Shown here one piece after another: positions 34,758 through 48,220 of a stretch of DNA of 64,000 nt; within the stretch, counting starts at the first letter, position 1, and the number at the start of each line of letters is the position of its first letter. The notes under the pieces are model-generated. The model was not told where the DNA came from. It saw nothing but the letters and a program-made list of their open reading frames with translations, and made no database searches. The stretch is from Octopus vulgaris. Taxonomy: Eukaryota. Location of the stretch: positions 161,200,001-161,264,000 of the forward strand of contig OX597815.1 of the NCBI GenBank assembly GCA_951406725.2. Direction: 5' to 3'. The position numbers were made by a program, and so were the translations under genes.

Positions 34758-37299
34758 TTAGATGAGGATGATGATGGTGGTGGTGGTGGTGGTGGTCTTC
34801 TTTATTATGTTTTGTATTGTGTAAGATCTCCAAGTCTGTGGGAAAGTTGTCTTATATGGAACAAGTCTATAATACAAAAAAACAAAAGTTCCGGGACCTC
34901 TCTCACCTTACCTTACATATAGGAAAATATTGTTAGGCGGTGATACAGAAGGAAAGCAGACATCTGCTAGAAAACAACTTTATTTGCTTTATACTTTCTA
35001 AATTCATGACTTAAGTGTGGTGGTTGATGTAGGCGGTGATGTGAGGTATAGCTTACTAGTGAAGATGTAATAGGTGGTGAAAAGATGGCTGACAGTGTTT
35101 TTGATACATGCATATACTTACATAAGCTCCATTGCATTAAGAATATACTCCAAAGACAAGGTTAAAAGCCTGGAAAAAAAAATTTATAATCTTATTAACA
35201 ACTCATCTCAGACGTTAAGTCATTTAATCTAATTATGTTACCAGCATGAGAGAAGAGAATTTCTATATTTTTAAATTATATAAATATCACATGATCTTGT
35301 CTTCAATTTTTTTTACATTGCTTAATTTTTTCTTTTTTTTTTTTCATTTTTTACTCTCGTTTATTTTGTTTTTTTTCCCCCCTTTCGTTCTTTTGCATAT
35401 TATCTATTCATCAAAGGATAGAACTTATCTTTTGTAATTTTCATAACATTGGTTTCTTTTCTTTTCTTTTCTCACTTTCATTCATTGAGTTTCCTTATTA
35501 CTTACCTCTCTTTCTTCCCCCCATATACACTTTTTATCGCAGTCCTTTCTTTTGCATCTATTTTTTCTTTATTCTTAACTGTAAAAATTTTTTTCTCCCC
35601 TCTTTAACATGAAAGAAAAATAAAAGCAGCCCCAACAATAACAACAACAAAATAAAGAAAGAGAAAAACTTCTTTCACACAGTCTTGTTTACATTCTGAA
35701 TTATGAAGAACTTTTCAACTTGCCAAACACCTGTATTCACAGTTGTGTCTTACACAGGTTTGAAGCATTAGTGGTCGTGGGAAACAGTTGTGATGGCATT
35801 CGTCACTCACAATAACACTTACCTATTAAATGGATAGTAAAGCGAACACACACCTGAAAACAATAGAACAGGAATGGAGAATGAATGAACTGAGATTTAG
35901 GAAGGAATTCCTTACTGCCAAGCAAAATCGTCGTTATGTGATTTTGATGGTAGCATACACAACTTCTATCCTTTTTTTTTTTTTTTTTTTTTCCTCTTTA
36001 AATAAGTTACACAGGTAAGCAATAATAGTGCTTGTGACCTTTACAGGCCCATCTAGGTAGAATATCTGGACTGGTCTACAAAATGTTGAATACTTGATTA
36101 CTTTATAGGACAGCTTGCTACTTTTTTTTTTAGTTAGTTGCTACTTTAAAGTCTTCATTTTTGAAAGAAAGAATTCTGTTAAATTTCAGGTTAAATTAAT
36201 AAAGTAAGTTAATCAGAACTGACCTGTAGATAATCATTTCCGTGTTTACTTGTTTCAGTCATTAGACTGCGGCCATGCTGGGGCACTACCTTGAAGAGTT
36301 TTTTAGTTAAATTAATACTTTTTTTCAAACCTGGTACTTATTCTATTAGTCTTTTTCGCCAAATCACTAAGTTATGGTGACATAAACAAACCAACACCGT
36401 TTGTCAAGCAAACACATGCACACAATTGGGTTTTTTCTGTTTCTGTCTACTAAATCCACTCACAAGACTTTGGTCAGCCTAAGGCTATAGTAGAAGACAC
36501 TTCCCCAAAGTGCCACACAGTGGGACTGAGCCTGGAACCATGTGGTTGAGAAGAAAACCTCTTACCACATAGTTACACCTGTGCCTTCATAGTCACTGCA
36601 CTATTATCTTCATATTACTTTTTACTTTCAGAGACTTCCCCACCAGCACATCCCCTATCATTATAAAAACAAACAAAAACCGACAACAGATAAAAACCCA
36701 CACCAAAGAAACCTACTATGCTAATTAGCATAATTTTTTAAAGTCTTAGGCTAATTTCTATCTAAATTGACTTAAAGTCTAAGTTCCTTCCTGAGTCATA
36801 TAGACTCATGGAGCCAGTTTTCTGGTTTCCATGATGTACATATTCCCCACTTGGATGGGGCACTGGTCAGTTGTGAGATTATTCATTTTTGCGAGCTAAG
36901 AGGAGTGGAGCAATGTGAAATGAAGTGTTTTGTTCACAAACGCAATGTGCCATCTGGTCCAGGAGTTGAAACCACAATCTTACAATCATGAGTCCAACAC
37001 CCTAACCACCATGGCACATACCTTCACTTCAACTGACTACTTACTGAAAATTTTGTGCTACTTATTTTTATGAAATTGAACAGGCAACCGTTCTCCTTGG
37101 CTAATGAGAATTATGTTACTAATGCCCCAGCCAGAATATCTACAGGTCAATGTCTGTTTGCAGAAAGAAAAAAGTGAAAATGTGAGCTGATGAAATCAGC
37201 TATGTAATTCAAATACTTGGAAAAGAGTCAACTCTGTTAATGGCTTTCAAGTATCAAGATGACAATTTCACATTTCTCAAAGATATAAAGGATAACAGA

Positions 37300-37645
37300 T
37301 AAAATCCCCTTTCAGTCATGAACACCCACAGGATTGCACCCAGAAAGTTCCCCTCCAAGGCACAAGTCCAGGTAAGGTTGTTTATGGAAGACCAGCAGTC
37401 ACCCATGCATACCAACCTCCCTTTTCCATGTCACTGATGTTATCCAAGGGAAAAGCAGAGGCCGATACAGCTTGGCACCTGTGACATCATAACTCATTTC
37501 TACAGCTGAGTGAACTGGAGCAACATGAAATAAAGTGTCTTGCTCAAGCACACAGTACACAGTACACAGCCCGGTCTGAGAATTGAAGTGACAGCGTCAT
37601 GATTGTGAGCCTGACATTCTAACCACTGAATCATGCACCTTCACT
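37300..37645 (-). mobile_element. SINE family D, full length
   Basis: tRNA-like A/B boxes on - strand; body shared with 9157-9655 and ~59880-60065. Confidence 0.82.
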
Positions 37646-38197
37646 CCGCAAACATGACTCCGATTAGAGATGGATTTAAAGGACAATTGTATATGATCAA
37701 TTCAAAATATATAACTACACAGACATTTATATATATATATATATTGTTTGCTGTCTTCATCTTTTGTTTTTTTGTGAATTCTCCCTATATGTATATATAT
37801 ATATTTATATGTGTGTGTGTATGCATGTATATATTATATCCTATATCTTAAAAAAAAAAAAGGAACGACCACCCCACTGAAACACTTGCTCATTGGTCTG
37901 CTTAATTAAGCTAAAACGACCACAAGAAATTAGGATAGAGAAGAAAATGGGAGAGTGATAACAAAAGAGTTAACAAAAGGTGGCTAATAACAGAAATACA
38001 AAAAGGTGGGGAGAGTGAGAGTGTGTGTATGCATGTGTGTGTTCAAAACTTTTCTGTAATTAAGAGGTGAATAACATGGTAATTATTTCACAAATTACTA
38101 TGGTCCTTATGGCAAGTCTATAAGTCTGGCTTTTGTGGTGTTACACAGACAAGGTGTGGTGGAGGGAGTAATCATTGGATAGGATGATAGCTTAGTG

Positions 38198-38790
38198 CAG
38201 GGAATACTCTTTACTCTTTTACTTGTTTCAGTCATTTGACTGCGGCCATGCTGGAGCACCGCCTTTAGTCGAGCAAATCGACCCCGGGACTTATTCTTTG
38301 TATAAGCCCAGTACTTATTCTATCGGTCTCTTTTGCCGAACCGCTAAGTGACGGGGACGTAAACACACCAGCATCGGGGGACAAACACACACACACATAC
38401 ATACATATATATATATACATATATACGACAGGCTTCTTTCAGTTTCCGTCTACCAAATCCACTCACAAGGCATTGGTCGGCCCGGGGCTATAGCAGAAGA
38501 CACCTGCCCAAGATGCCACGCAGTGGGACTGAACCCGGAACCATGTGGTTGGTTAGCAAGCTACTTACCACACAGCCACTCCTGCGCCTATTAGGGAACA
38601 TTTTTTAAACAATTACCCCAAAATATATTTATTTACACTGACGTTACCCTTTTGATTCGAAAGAAAGAATATAGATAAGAAGGAACACGTTTTTTATAGA
38701 ATTTTACTTATGTCTGATGAGTCCTCATTACCCTCAAGAATTTCATTTTTACCTCACTTAGGGTAATGTACCCCAGTTCAACGACCTCTG
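38198..38790. mobile_element. hAT-like MITE with 8-bp target-site duplication, hosting a young SINE A
   Basis: GCTTAGTG|CAG...CTCTG|GCTTAGTA. It interrupts a repeat (38050-38835) seen uninterrupted, inverted, at ~39850-39900 and 40250-40420. TIR match is weak. Confidence 0.55.
38206..38588 (-). mobile_element. SINE family A, young (CpGs intact)
   Basis: GGCGCAGGAGTGGCTGTGTGGTAAG head on - strand; AGGGAA-like duplication on both sides. Confidence 0.9.
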
Positions 38791-39020
38791 GCTTAGTAGA
38801 TGTAACTCAGCCGTGAAATGTATAGTAGCAACTACCAACAATTATATGAACTAAAATATGAAAACTGTTTTGCAAGGGACCTATCAAAGAGTTTGCAGCT
38901 TGTTATTCATGTGTAAAAACATGTATACAATTAGTCACAAATATTTCATGCTGTAAATAATGAAATTAACAGATTTGCTGATATTTTAGTCACCTAATTA
39001 TGATATATCTTTACTTATTA

Positions 39021-39407
39021 ACTCTTTTACTTGTTTCAGTCATTTGACTGCGGCCATGCTGGAGCACCACCTTTAGTCGAGCAAATCAACCCCAGGACTT
39101 ATTCTTTGTAAGCCTAGTACTTATTTTATCGGTCTTTTTGCCGAACCACTAAGTCACGGGGACGTAAACACACCAGCATTGGTTATCAAGTGATGTTGGG
39201 GTGGGTGGGGAGACAAACACCGACACACACATACATATACATATATATACGACGGGCTTCTTTCAGTTTCTGTCTACCAAATCCACTCACAAGGCTTTGG
39301 TTGGCCCGAGGCTATAGTAGAAGACGTTTGTTCAAGGTGCCACGCAGTGGGACTGAACCCAGAACCATGTGGTTCGTAAGCAAGCTACTTACCACACAGT
39401 CACACCT
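39021..39407 (-). mobile_element. SINE family A
   Basis: Reverse complement of family A. Confidence 0.88.
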
Positions 39408-39645
39408 ATGCTATTTATTTATTTTTAATGAGGAGACTGTTAAACAACTTTATTTCAGATACCTCAGACCACATGCCATCTGGCTGCTCAGAAAAGATTT
39501 ATTCTCTGTCCCTTTTTTTTATATTATCTCCATAAATAGGTTTTCTCTCTTCTGAACAGTTGCTTATCTTCCAATAGGAACCCATTCAACTGACACGCCA
39601 TTTTTAAATTTAAAGAAACCATAGTGTCTAATCCTAAATACAATA

Positions 39646-39790
39646 TACCCAGACATTATGGTCTTCTCAAACTCTACCAAACAAGCGATCATATTGGAAC
39701 TGACTGTGCCCTGAGGAAGAACTCATGGAGGAAGCTCATGAGAGAAAGCCTGCTAGACATCAGAGATCAGTGTAGAAACCAGAGCTAATA
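39646..39790 (+). mobile_element. RLE endonuclease fragment of a HERO/R2-group non-LTR element
   Basis: YPDIMVFSNSTKQAIILELTVP*/EELMEEAHERK, a PD-(D/E)xK RLE signature. Confidence 0.82.
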
Positions 39791-39867
39791 GGTATATTAC
39801 AAGGCAAGTTCACCCTGGGTTCTCATATTTTAGTTCATGTAATCATTGGGAGTTGCTACTACACATT

Positions 39868-40605
39868 TCATGATTGAGTACATCCACTAATCTATCATCT
39901 TATCCAATGTTATTTTGATGGCTTTGGATAAAGAAGGTAGACTGATGATTTGTTGTTACTGGGATGCAAGCTGGAACTTATCAAACCCTGGATGAGTCAA
40001 CCGGATAAAGAGGTTTAATTTCATGATTGAGTACATCCACTAAGCTATCATCTTATCCAATGATTACTTTCCCTGCCACCCTGGGCTTGTAATTCAGGAA
40101 AGATTGGGCCCATAAATTCCTTCAAGTTGCAGAGAAGGTTATTTTGATGGCTTTGGATAAAGAAGGTAGACTGATGATTTGTTGTTACTGGGATGCAAGC
40201 TGGAACTTATCAAACCCTGGATGGGTCAACCGGATGAAGAGGTTTAATTTCATGATTGAGTACATCCACTAAGCTATCATCTTATCCAATGATTACTTTC
40301 CCTGCCACCCTTATCTGTATGACCACAGTGAAGGCCAGACTTATGGACTTGCCACAAATTACCTTGGTAATTTGTGAAATAATTACCATGTTACTCAACT
40401 CATAATTACAGGAATGTTTGTAAGACCATGACTGGGCTTGTAATTCAGGAAAGATTGGGGCCATAAATTCCTTCAATCTAAGTTGCAGAGAAGGTTATTT
40501 TGATGGCTTTGGATAAAGAAGGTAGACTGATGATTTGTTGTTACTGGGATGCAGGCTGGAACTTATCAAACCCTGGATGTGTCAACCGGATGAAGAGGTT
40601 TAATT
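39868..40605 (+). repeat. Tandem triplication with nested deletions (~153, ~229, ~356 bp units)
   Basis: Each unit starts TCATGATTGAGTACATCCACTAA and ends GAGGTTTAATT. It includes AEK..*WLWIKK, the end of the RLE element ORF. Confidence 0.9.
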
Positions 40606-40729
40606 TAGAAAAACCATGACTGGCTGTGTAGACAAGTTCACTTCACAGTCATGTGGTTGCCAGGCAACACTGGACAAATCCTAACCTCAGGCTAACCAAA
40701 GTCTTGTGAGTATAATTCAGTAATTCGAA

Positions 40730-40905
40730 ATTGTGCTGCAGGCTGGAAGAGGCCTCATGGCAGGCCCCACACCAGATGGCTTGGAAGTGATTGAGAAAGA
40801 TCTCCAGAGGCTTGGCATCGCTTTGGAGGATGCAGAGAGGCTGGTACAGGACCACCAGCAATGGAGAGCACTGGTGGACCTGGATGGCATGTCACATGAT
40901 GATGT
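40730..40905 (+). mobile_element. RTE-group LINE 3' fragment
   Basis: AAGWKRPHGRPHTRWL/EVIEKDLQRLGIALEDAERLVQDHQQWRALV (one frameshift). Confidence 0.75.
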
Positions 40906-42107
40906 CTCTGTAACCACTAACCTGGGATCAGCTCTGTCATGTGACTTTTCGGGGCCCCATCCCTTCAATGAAAATTCATAATCTACACACCTTTTATTCA
41001 TAAAAAACTATATTTTACTTTAATTTATCTGAAATACAATATTTCACATTATCCTAAAGAACATCTTTAAAGTACAAGTTAAATTTATTTAGGTATATTA
41101 CAGATTTCAATAAGTAAAAATTCCAGATACGAATTAAAAAGCACTTTTATAATCCAGGCAACTTTCAAAGACAAACATGGTGCACTTTTCACTTTGCGAA
41201 ATCATCAATCAGTTCAGAATCAAGCTGAGAGCGTTCATGTTCAATGGATATCATAGACAATCCACAAAGTCTTGTACACGTTTGTGGTACAATGTAATAT
41301 TTCTACAAGTACTTTTTCAGGTGCAATGTATTACCATTTTATTTCTTGAAATTTACAGTTAACATAGATAGTTTAATTCTTGTTCAACATCTTAACCAAA
41401 GTAAATAGGTGATTCATCTGCATACTTTGATCGTAACATGGGGCCCCTCAACTGCAGAGGCCTCCTGCTACCACAGGGGTTGTAGAGTCTTAGCAACGGT
41501 CCTGCATGGGATGACCCCCAGCTCCAGCAAGCAAGCAAGCAAGCAAACAGTTGCTTGAACATACTTGGATACAGACATATGTAGGTTGGTAGAATCAGTG
41601 CGTCAAACCAAACCTACCTTGTAATTATATTCTGGTTTGTCTTTTGGCACCCAAGTAATTTTTGTCCTTTCATATTTCAGGGTCAGTAGAATAACCGGGT
41701 CTAATTTAGCATGCGTTTGGACGCAATATCTTTAGTCTATGCCGTGAAATGACCTGGTCTGGGTCGAGATTAGGGTTAAGGTTTAGGATTTGGATTTAAA
41801 CTGTTTGTTAAAGTATAAATAGTCTCAACGAATTATCAAAATGTAAAGTACTGGAGTCGAAATAATTAACTAAAACCCTGCGTTTCAGTGCTCCAGCATG
41901 AGCACGGCCTGATGATTAAGACAAGTGAAACCCGACCATTTGGAAGTTAAAGAACAGCACATATGGCTAAGATAGAAATGTGAGATTAAATGCGGAGAGA
42001 ACGTTAAATTTACAGCCCACGTGCGAAAATGAGAGAAGAGGAAGTAAAAGTAAGAGACTATGTCAATGAACGAGTGTGTGAGTGTGTGTGTGTGCATGAG
42101 AGAGAGT

Positions 42108-42139
<32 letters not shown>

Positions 42140-42206
42140 AGCAAAAGGTGGGAGTTTTGTTTCAAATTAGCTAGTAAACAATATGGTATTCTGATAAAGA
42201 ACAGTG

Positions 42207-42263
<57 letters not shown>

Positions 42264-42399
42264 GCATTGATTGACAGGAAAATATAAAGAATAATGACAG
42301 ATATGAAAGCATATGGTAAATTACAGGTTATCAAAAGACAAACGACGAGAGAAATAATAAAAGACGCACGCAGACGTTAAGTAGTTTATTTCTAATCTT

Positions 42400-42430
<31 letters not shown>

Positions 42431-42692
42431 GGTACGGACGCATGCGCGCGCGCGTGTGTGCAAGTCTAATATACATATATATCTTGTTTCAGTCATTAGA
42501 CTGGGACATCGCCTCGATGATGTTTAGCGCTTATTTTTTTTTAAGCTTGGTACTTCTTTTGCCGAACCGCTAAGTTGAGGAGACGTAAACACCAACAACC
42601 GATTGTCAAGCGGTGGTGGAGGACATAGAAACACAAAGACACACACACATGTATATAGATATAGTCACTATGAGGATATTTAGACTACTTAT

Positions 42693-43104
42693 ACTCTTAA
42701 TTCTTTTACTTGTTTCAGTCATATGACTGTGGCCATGCTGGAGCACCACCTTTAGTCGAGCGAATCGATCCCAGGTCTTATTCTTTGTAAGCCTAGCACT
42801 TATTCTATCGGTCTCTTTTGCCGAACCGCTAAGTTACGGGGACGTAAACACACCAGCATCGGTTGTCAAGCGATGTTGTGTGTGTATGTGTGTGTGTGGG
42901 GGGGGACAAACACAGATATATTTACACACACACATATATACGACGGGTTTCTTTCAGTTTCCGTCTACCAAATCCACTCACAAGGCTTTGGTCGGCCCGA
43001 AGCTATAGTAGAAGACACCAGCCCAAGGTGCCACGCAGTGGGACAGAACCCGGAACCATTTGGTTGGTAAGCAAGCTACTTACCACACAGCCACTCCTAC
43101 GCCT
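42693..43104 (-). mobile_element. SINE family A, full length
   Basis: Reverse complement of family A, CpG-rich. Confidence 0.9.
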
Positions 43105-43853
43105 ATAGGGATATTTTATCCAAGTTATACTGGTTTATATATTTATATATATATATTTATATATATATATATTATTATTATTATTATTATTACGGAAATG
43201 TACTTGCATAGCAAGTGACTCGATCTGATATTTTGCAGAGTGGAAGGTGTTTATAAGCCATGTAAAAACACAAAAACCGTTAGATTCATTTCAACATTTA
43301 AATTGTCAAAATATTTTCCTTGCTTTGAAACTGAGATTAGTCACACACCTTTTTCATCACATTTTGATTTAAATATTTGAAGTTCTCTCCCTTGTCCCTC
43401 GTGAAGAAAGTCTTCATTAACACAGATGGATCTGCCTCCTTTTACAGATATAATTTCAATAGAGTGAAATTTATTTTCTTCTCGTGACAACTACGGTAGA
43501 CTGCACTTAAGTATGCTTCTCAGGTATAAAGTACCCCTGGGAAATTTTCCAGCGCCTTCACACGAACGCGCGGTGGGGGTTAAGAGTTTGGATCTTTTCA
43601 TTTTGAAGGCCAGATTTTCCTAGTTAACTAAACAATTTGAAACTTCGTATACTGGGAGTTTTTCTCTTTTAGACATATAGTGAAAACATCACTAACTGTT
43701 TTCTAATTATATCTCTTTTTACCTAAGTAATTTTCGTACGAATTCCTCGCAATTTGTATGAAATAGTTAAGTTTTTCAAATCCATCGTTAACGTTGCCAG
43801 TCGGTCGCGCGCTCGAGTGTAAATGTGCATGTATAAATGTGTGTGTGTGTGTA

Positions 43854-43903
<50 letters not shown>

Positions 43904-44379
43904 TGTGTGTGTCTTGAACGAACGGAGTCGATAAGCAGCTTCGAAAAATAACTATGTGTATGGAATACTCTTTTTCCATCTATAGTATGTGTGTGTATCG
44001 AGAGATAGACAGAGTAGAGAGGCTGAGAGACAAAGAAAAATAAGCAAGTAACCTAAGTGTTTATGTGAGAGTATAAGATTATTTAAAATATGAATTGGAA
44101 TTCAGGGAAGTTGATAATGGAGCAGTTGTGCCAGTAAAAGAAACAAGTGTTTCGTGCGTGTTTATATATTTATATGTGAGCCTGCGAGTGGGTGGATGTA
44201 CATACAAATGTACGTAGATCGAGAGAGAGAGGTGAATTAGGGAGAGGAGAAGGGTGAAAGAGAGAGACAGAAAGAGGGGGAACGTCCGTTCTATGTATAG
44301 AAGTAGCAGATGTGGTGGTGGCAGTGGTAGTAGCACTTTCATAGGAAGCAGTTATCTATTTCGTTCGTTTCATTTACGC

Positions 44380-44600
44380 TGAGTTCGCGAGTCATTCACA
44401 AAATGTATATATATATATATATATAGTACACATGGAATCAAGGGAGCGCGACCACCGCACTCCGTTTCGCTTAACGCTGAAAAAGCCGACCAAACGTGTG
44501 GGCTAAAGGAATTGCACGAGTCGAGACACGTGCCAAGTCTTAACACCCACGGACCACGTGCTTGTGACAAGTGTTGCCCTTGCGTGGGCGATGAGACAGC
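44380..44600. promoter_or_regulatory. Candidate CpG-rich cis-regulatory element with two CACGTG E-boxes
   Basis: Non-repetitive, GC/CpG-dense stretch with CACGTG at 44527 and 44555, inside a wider CpG-retaining zone. Function inferred only. Confidence 0.4.
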
Positions 44601-45959
44601 GATAGAGATAGATAGAAAGTGATTTATTCTTTTAAAGTGAGGCTAGAGACAGATAAAAAAAAAAAAAGCACTTTCACATCGTAGTTTTCCACATGCATGT
44701 ATTTACATATGTGTGTGTATATATACATACACACACCCATACACATAATAGACGAACAGAGAGAGCGAGAGGATTGTGTGTTTATATATGTACGTACAAG
44801 TAAGTACTTACATATGGACTCACACACGCATACAGTGGAAGTTCTACATATGTATTTATACATGTGTATATACTCATACACACACACACACATATATATA
44901 TATTGAGAGAGAGAGAGAGGGGTAGAGAAGGATATGTGATTTAAATATGTACTTAAACATACACACACATACATATATATAAATACGTATGTACGTCCAA
45001 TGAATTTACTGAATTGTTTGTACGTCAGACAGAATAATTAACAGTATTTACGTATGGTTCTTTACATCCTGAATTCGAATCTCACCGAGGAAGGTATTGT
45101 TTTTACTTCCAAGGTTGATCCCGTCGAAATTCTCTTTCACTTGTTCACATAGCGTATAGACGCAGGTGTAGTAGTGTGGTAAGAAAATTCGCTTCCCAAT
45201 CACATGCTTTCAGGTTCAATCCCACTGCATGGCACCTTGGGCAAGTGTCTTCTATTATCGACCCCACGAAAGCCTTCTGAATGGATTTGATAGAAACGGA
45301 AAGAAGCCCTTCGTGTATATGTGTGTGTGTGTGTGTGAGGCCTAAGGGTCTTTGACTCTTGTTTCTAGCACTGTCAGCGCTACCCTGCACCCTCAGTCAC
45401 TATTAGTAACAATTGAATTGTTCCTTGTTTCAATTATTTGACTGCAGCCATGCTGGAGCATCGCCTTCAAATGTTTTAATCGAACAAACTTACCCAGGAC
45501 TTATTTTTGTTAAGCTTAGTACTTATTCTATCCGGTATCTTTTACCGAACCGCTAAGTTACGGGATCGTAAACAAACCAATACCGGTTGTCAAGCGGTAG
45601 TAGGGGGACAAAAAGACACACACATAAACATATACATATATTTATATATATGACGGCCTTCTTTGAGTTTCCGTCCACCAAATCCACTTACAAGGTTTTG
45701 ATCGGCCCGAGGCTATAGCAGAAGACACTTGCCAAAGGTACCCCGCAGTGGAAATGATCCTGGAACCATATGGTTCAAAAACAAACTTCTTCACATGGCA
45801 ATAACCGTTAAGATTATAATGCTTGTAATGTGAAGCAAGAGTTATTACGGTGGAGGAGGAGGTGGTGGTGGTGGATTTTAGCAGTGGAAAAAGTGATACA
45901 TATCCGCGTTTGATGTATTATAGTGACGAAAACAATGATGGGTGAACGGAAGCGATGAC

Positions 45960-46111
45960 CAGTACTGTCTTAAGACAGGGGCGCACTGAGCACCCGGAGG
46001 CCTCACGGATCTAGGGTCCCAGTTCTGACTTGCAATCAGTAAATACTCTCGGAGCCCAGTGCATTGATTTTTCTCTGCAAGATGGGACGTAATACTTCTA
46101 TGACGGCCTTG
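45960..46111. mobile_element. Degenerate MITE (CAGGGCCGTCTTAA-type ends)
   Basis: CAGTACTGTCTTAAGA ... TCTATGACGGCCTTG imperfect TIRs. Confidence 0.45.
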
Positions 46112-46179
46112 TACTTCTCCGTTAGTCTGTTATGACGACACCAGTGTTCAACTGGTACTTATTTTATCGACTCCCGAAA

Positions 46180-46947
46180 GGATGATGATGATGATGATGA
46201 TAATAATAATAATGGTAGTGGTGTTGGTGGTGATAACTGTGATGGTTATAGTAGTAGTAGTAGTAGTAGTAGTTATAACTAATAAAATAAGATCCAGTTG
46301 AAAACAATAACGTTCAACACTTTACACTGTGAAGTTTACAGTGTTTACAATGGTAGTGATGGCGGTGGTGGTGGTGATGATGATGATGATGATGGTAGTG
46401 ATGATGAGGGTGGTAGTGGTTGTGGAGGTTGTAACTGTTTGGTTCCAGGTCAGCTCTGATATATAGCATTACAGCTCATTGAGCAAAGGCGCTACGGCCG
46501 TGACCATCCCATATTTTGTTTTTGTGGGTTTTTTTTTCCTCAGTCAATATGTCTAGGACAATATTGACATATCCTCTCCCCCCCCCATCCGCGAGATGGT
46601 AGCATCTATCTGTTTGATTTGCTGAGGGACGGGATGGATTTCACTGCTATTTCTAGCATTCGCGTGACCCATTGAGAGATTGTCATTGATGTAGTTTTAA
46701 TAGTGAATTAGCTGTTCTTAATAATGAGGGTAATTATGCATGTTGAAGGATGGGTGTTGTGAGAAGGAGAGGGGGGAGGTCGGTGAGTATGGGGGTGGGG
46801 GTGTTGATATGGTTCAAAGTAAAATTTGAACTGTTGATAACTAATAACAGTTGTAGAGAGATTTGTGGTTTTTGTTTTGCTGTTCTTGTGGTTGTTGTTG
46901 TTGGTGGTGGTGGTAGTAGTAGTAGTAGTTTCCTTTTATTAAGGTGC

Positions 46948-46982
<35 letters not shown>

Positions 46983-47037
46983 ACAGCAGTAGCAGCAATG
47001 TTTGTAGTGATAGTTAATGTTTGTTGTGACAGTTGAT

Positions 47038-47071
<34 letters not shown>

Positions 47072-47500
47072 TTTGGTGGTGGTGTTGGTGGTGGTAATCA
47101 TTATCGTTTATGATTGTTGATTAGATTGTAGTACATGTAGTAGTAGTAGTAGTAGTAGTGGTGGTGATAATGGTAATAATAGTGGTAACTGTTGTTGAAG
47201 GGACGGTGATGGTGGTGGTAGTAGTAGTAGTATTGCTTGTGATCGTTGATGAGGTAGTAGTAGTAGTAGTGGTGGTGGTGGTGGTGATAGTTGTTGTTGT
47301 TGTTTTTCATGAAGTGTTGATGGTGTTGTTGTCAATAGAAGCTGATTCTATCAAAAAGCAGAAGATAGAAAAAAACAAAAAAACAAAACAGAAACAACAG
47401 TGACTGAGGTATAATAATTATTGCAGTGAGAGTAATTGTGTGTGTGGATGTCGTTGTGGTGGTGATGGTGATAGTAAAGCGTGGTTGTGATGCTGGTGGT
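46180..47500. repeat. Compound trinucleotide low-complexity region (GTA/GGT/GTT/GAT)
   Basis: Consecutive runs of TAG, TGG, TTG and GAT. Confidence 0.9.
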
Positions 47501-48012
47501 ATACAGGTTGGGTTTTGAGTTACATTGGGCATGGAGTGAGTGGAGTTTGAAATGCAATTAGATATTGTTTGACTTCGTGACAGCAGCAGCATCGGGCTGT
47601 AATAGCAATGATATTAATAGCGTAGTTGGAGTGATTTCAGGTGAAGCAGTTGAGGAATTGGATGATGGTGGGGGTACTTTGTGGGCCTACTAATTGTGTA
47701 TGTAGCATTTTGGTTATGGTTTTGAAGGTAGATAGATATCATTATCAACACAGGAAAAGAAGCGTAAACTGTGTTACTGAGGCATATGGGGTTGTTGTTG
47801 TTGTTGTTGTTGTTTAGATTCAGGTCAACCTCCAGTGATTATCTCTATAGAACTACATACGTACTAAGATAAATATCATCATCAGCGTTTTAATGTCCCC
47901 TGTTTACACTGTTATGGTTCTTTACAGTTGGATACCCCTTTTAATATCAACACACACTGGGATCAGTAGTATTGATCAACAACAATAAACTGCTGGATTT
48001 GTGCCTAAATTA

Positions 48013-48174
48013 GGCGCAGGAGTGGCTGTGTGGTAAGTAGCTTGCTTACCAACCACATGGTTCCGGGTTCAGTCCCACTGCGTGGCACCTTGGGCAAGCG
48101 TCTTCTACTATAGCCTCGGGCCGACCAAAGCCTTGTGAGTGGATCTGATGGACGGAAACTGAAAGAAGCCCGTC

Positions 48175-48220
<46 letters not shown>

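Noticed and set aside
39190-39555. Recurrent RRASFSFRLPNPLTRLWSARGYS peptide as a multigene family
   Set aside because: It is the antisense translation of SINE family A.
41321-41362. Possible next PTP exon after tttttcAG (VQCITIL...)
   Set aside because: It lacks KCxxYWP and reaches a stop within 14 codons.
46841-47592. Poly-Thr/His/Tyr/Val ORFs, and the many YIYI/CVCV/HTHT/poly-Ile ORFs elsewhere
   Set aside because: They are translations of microsatellites.
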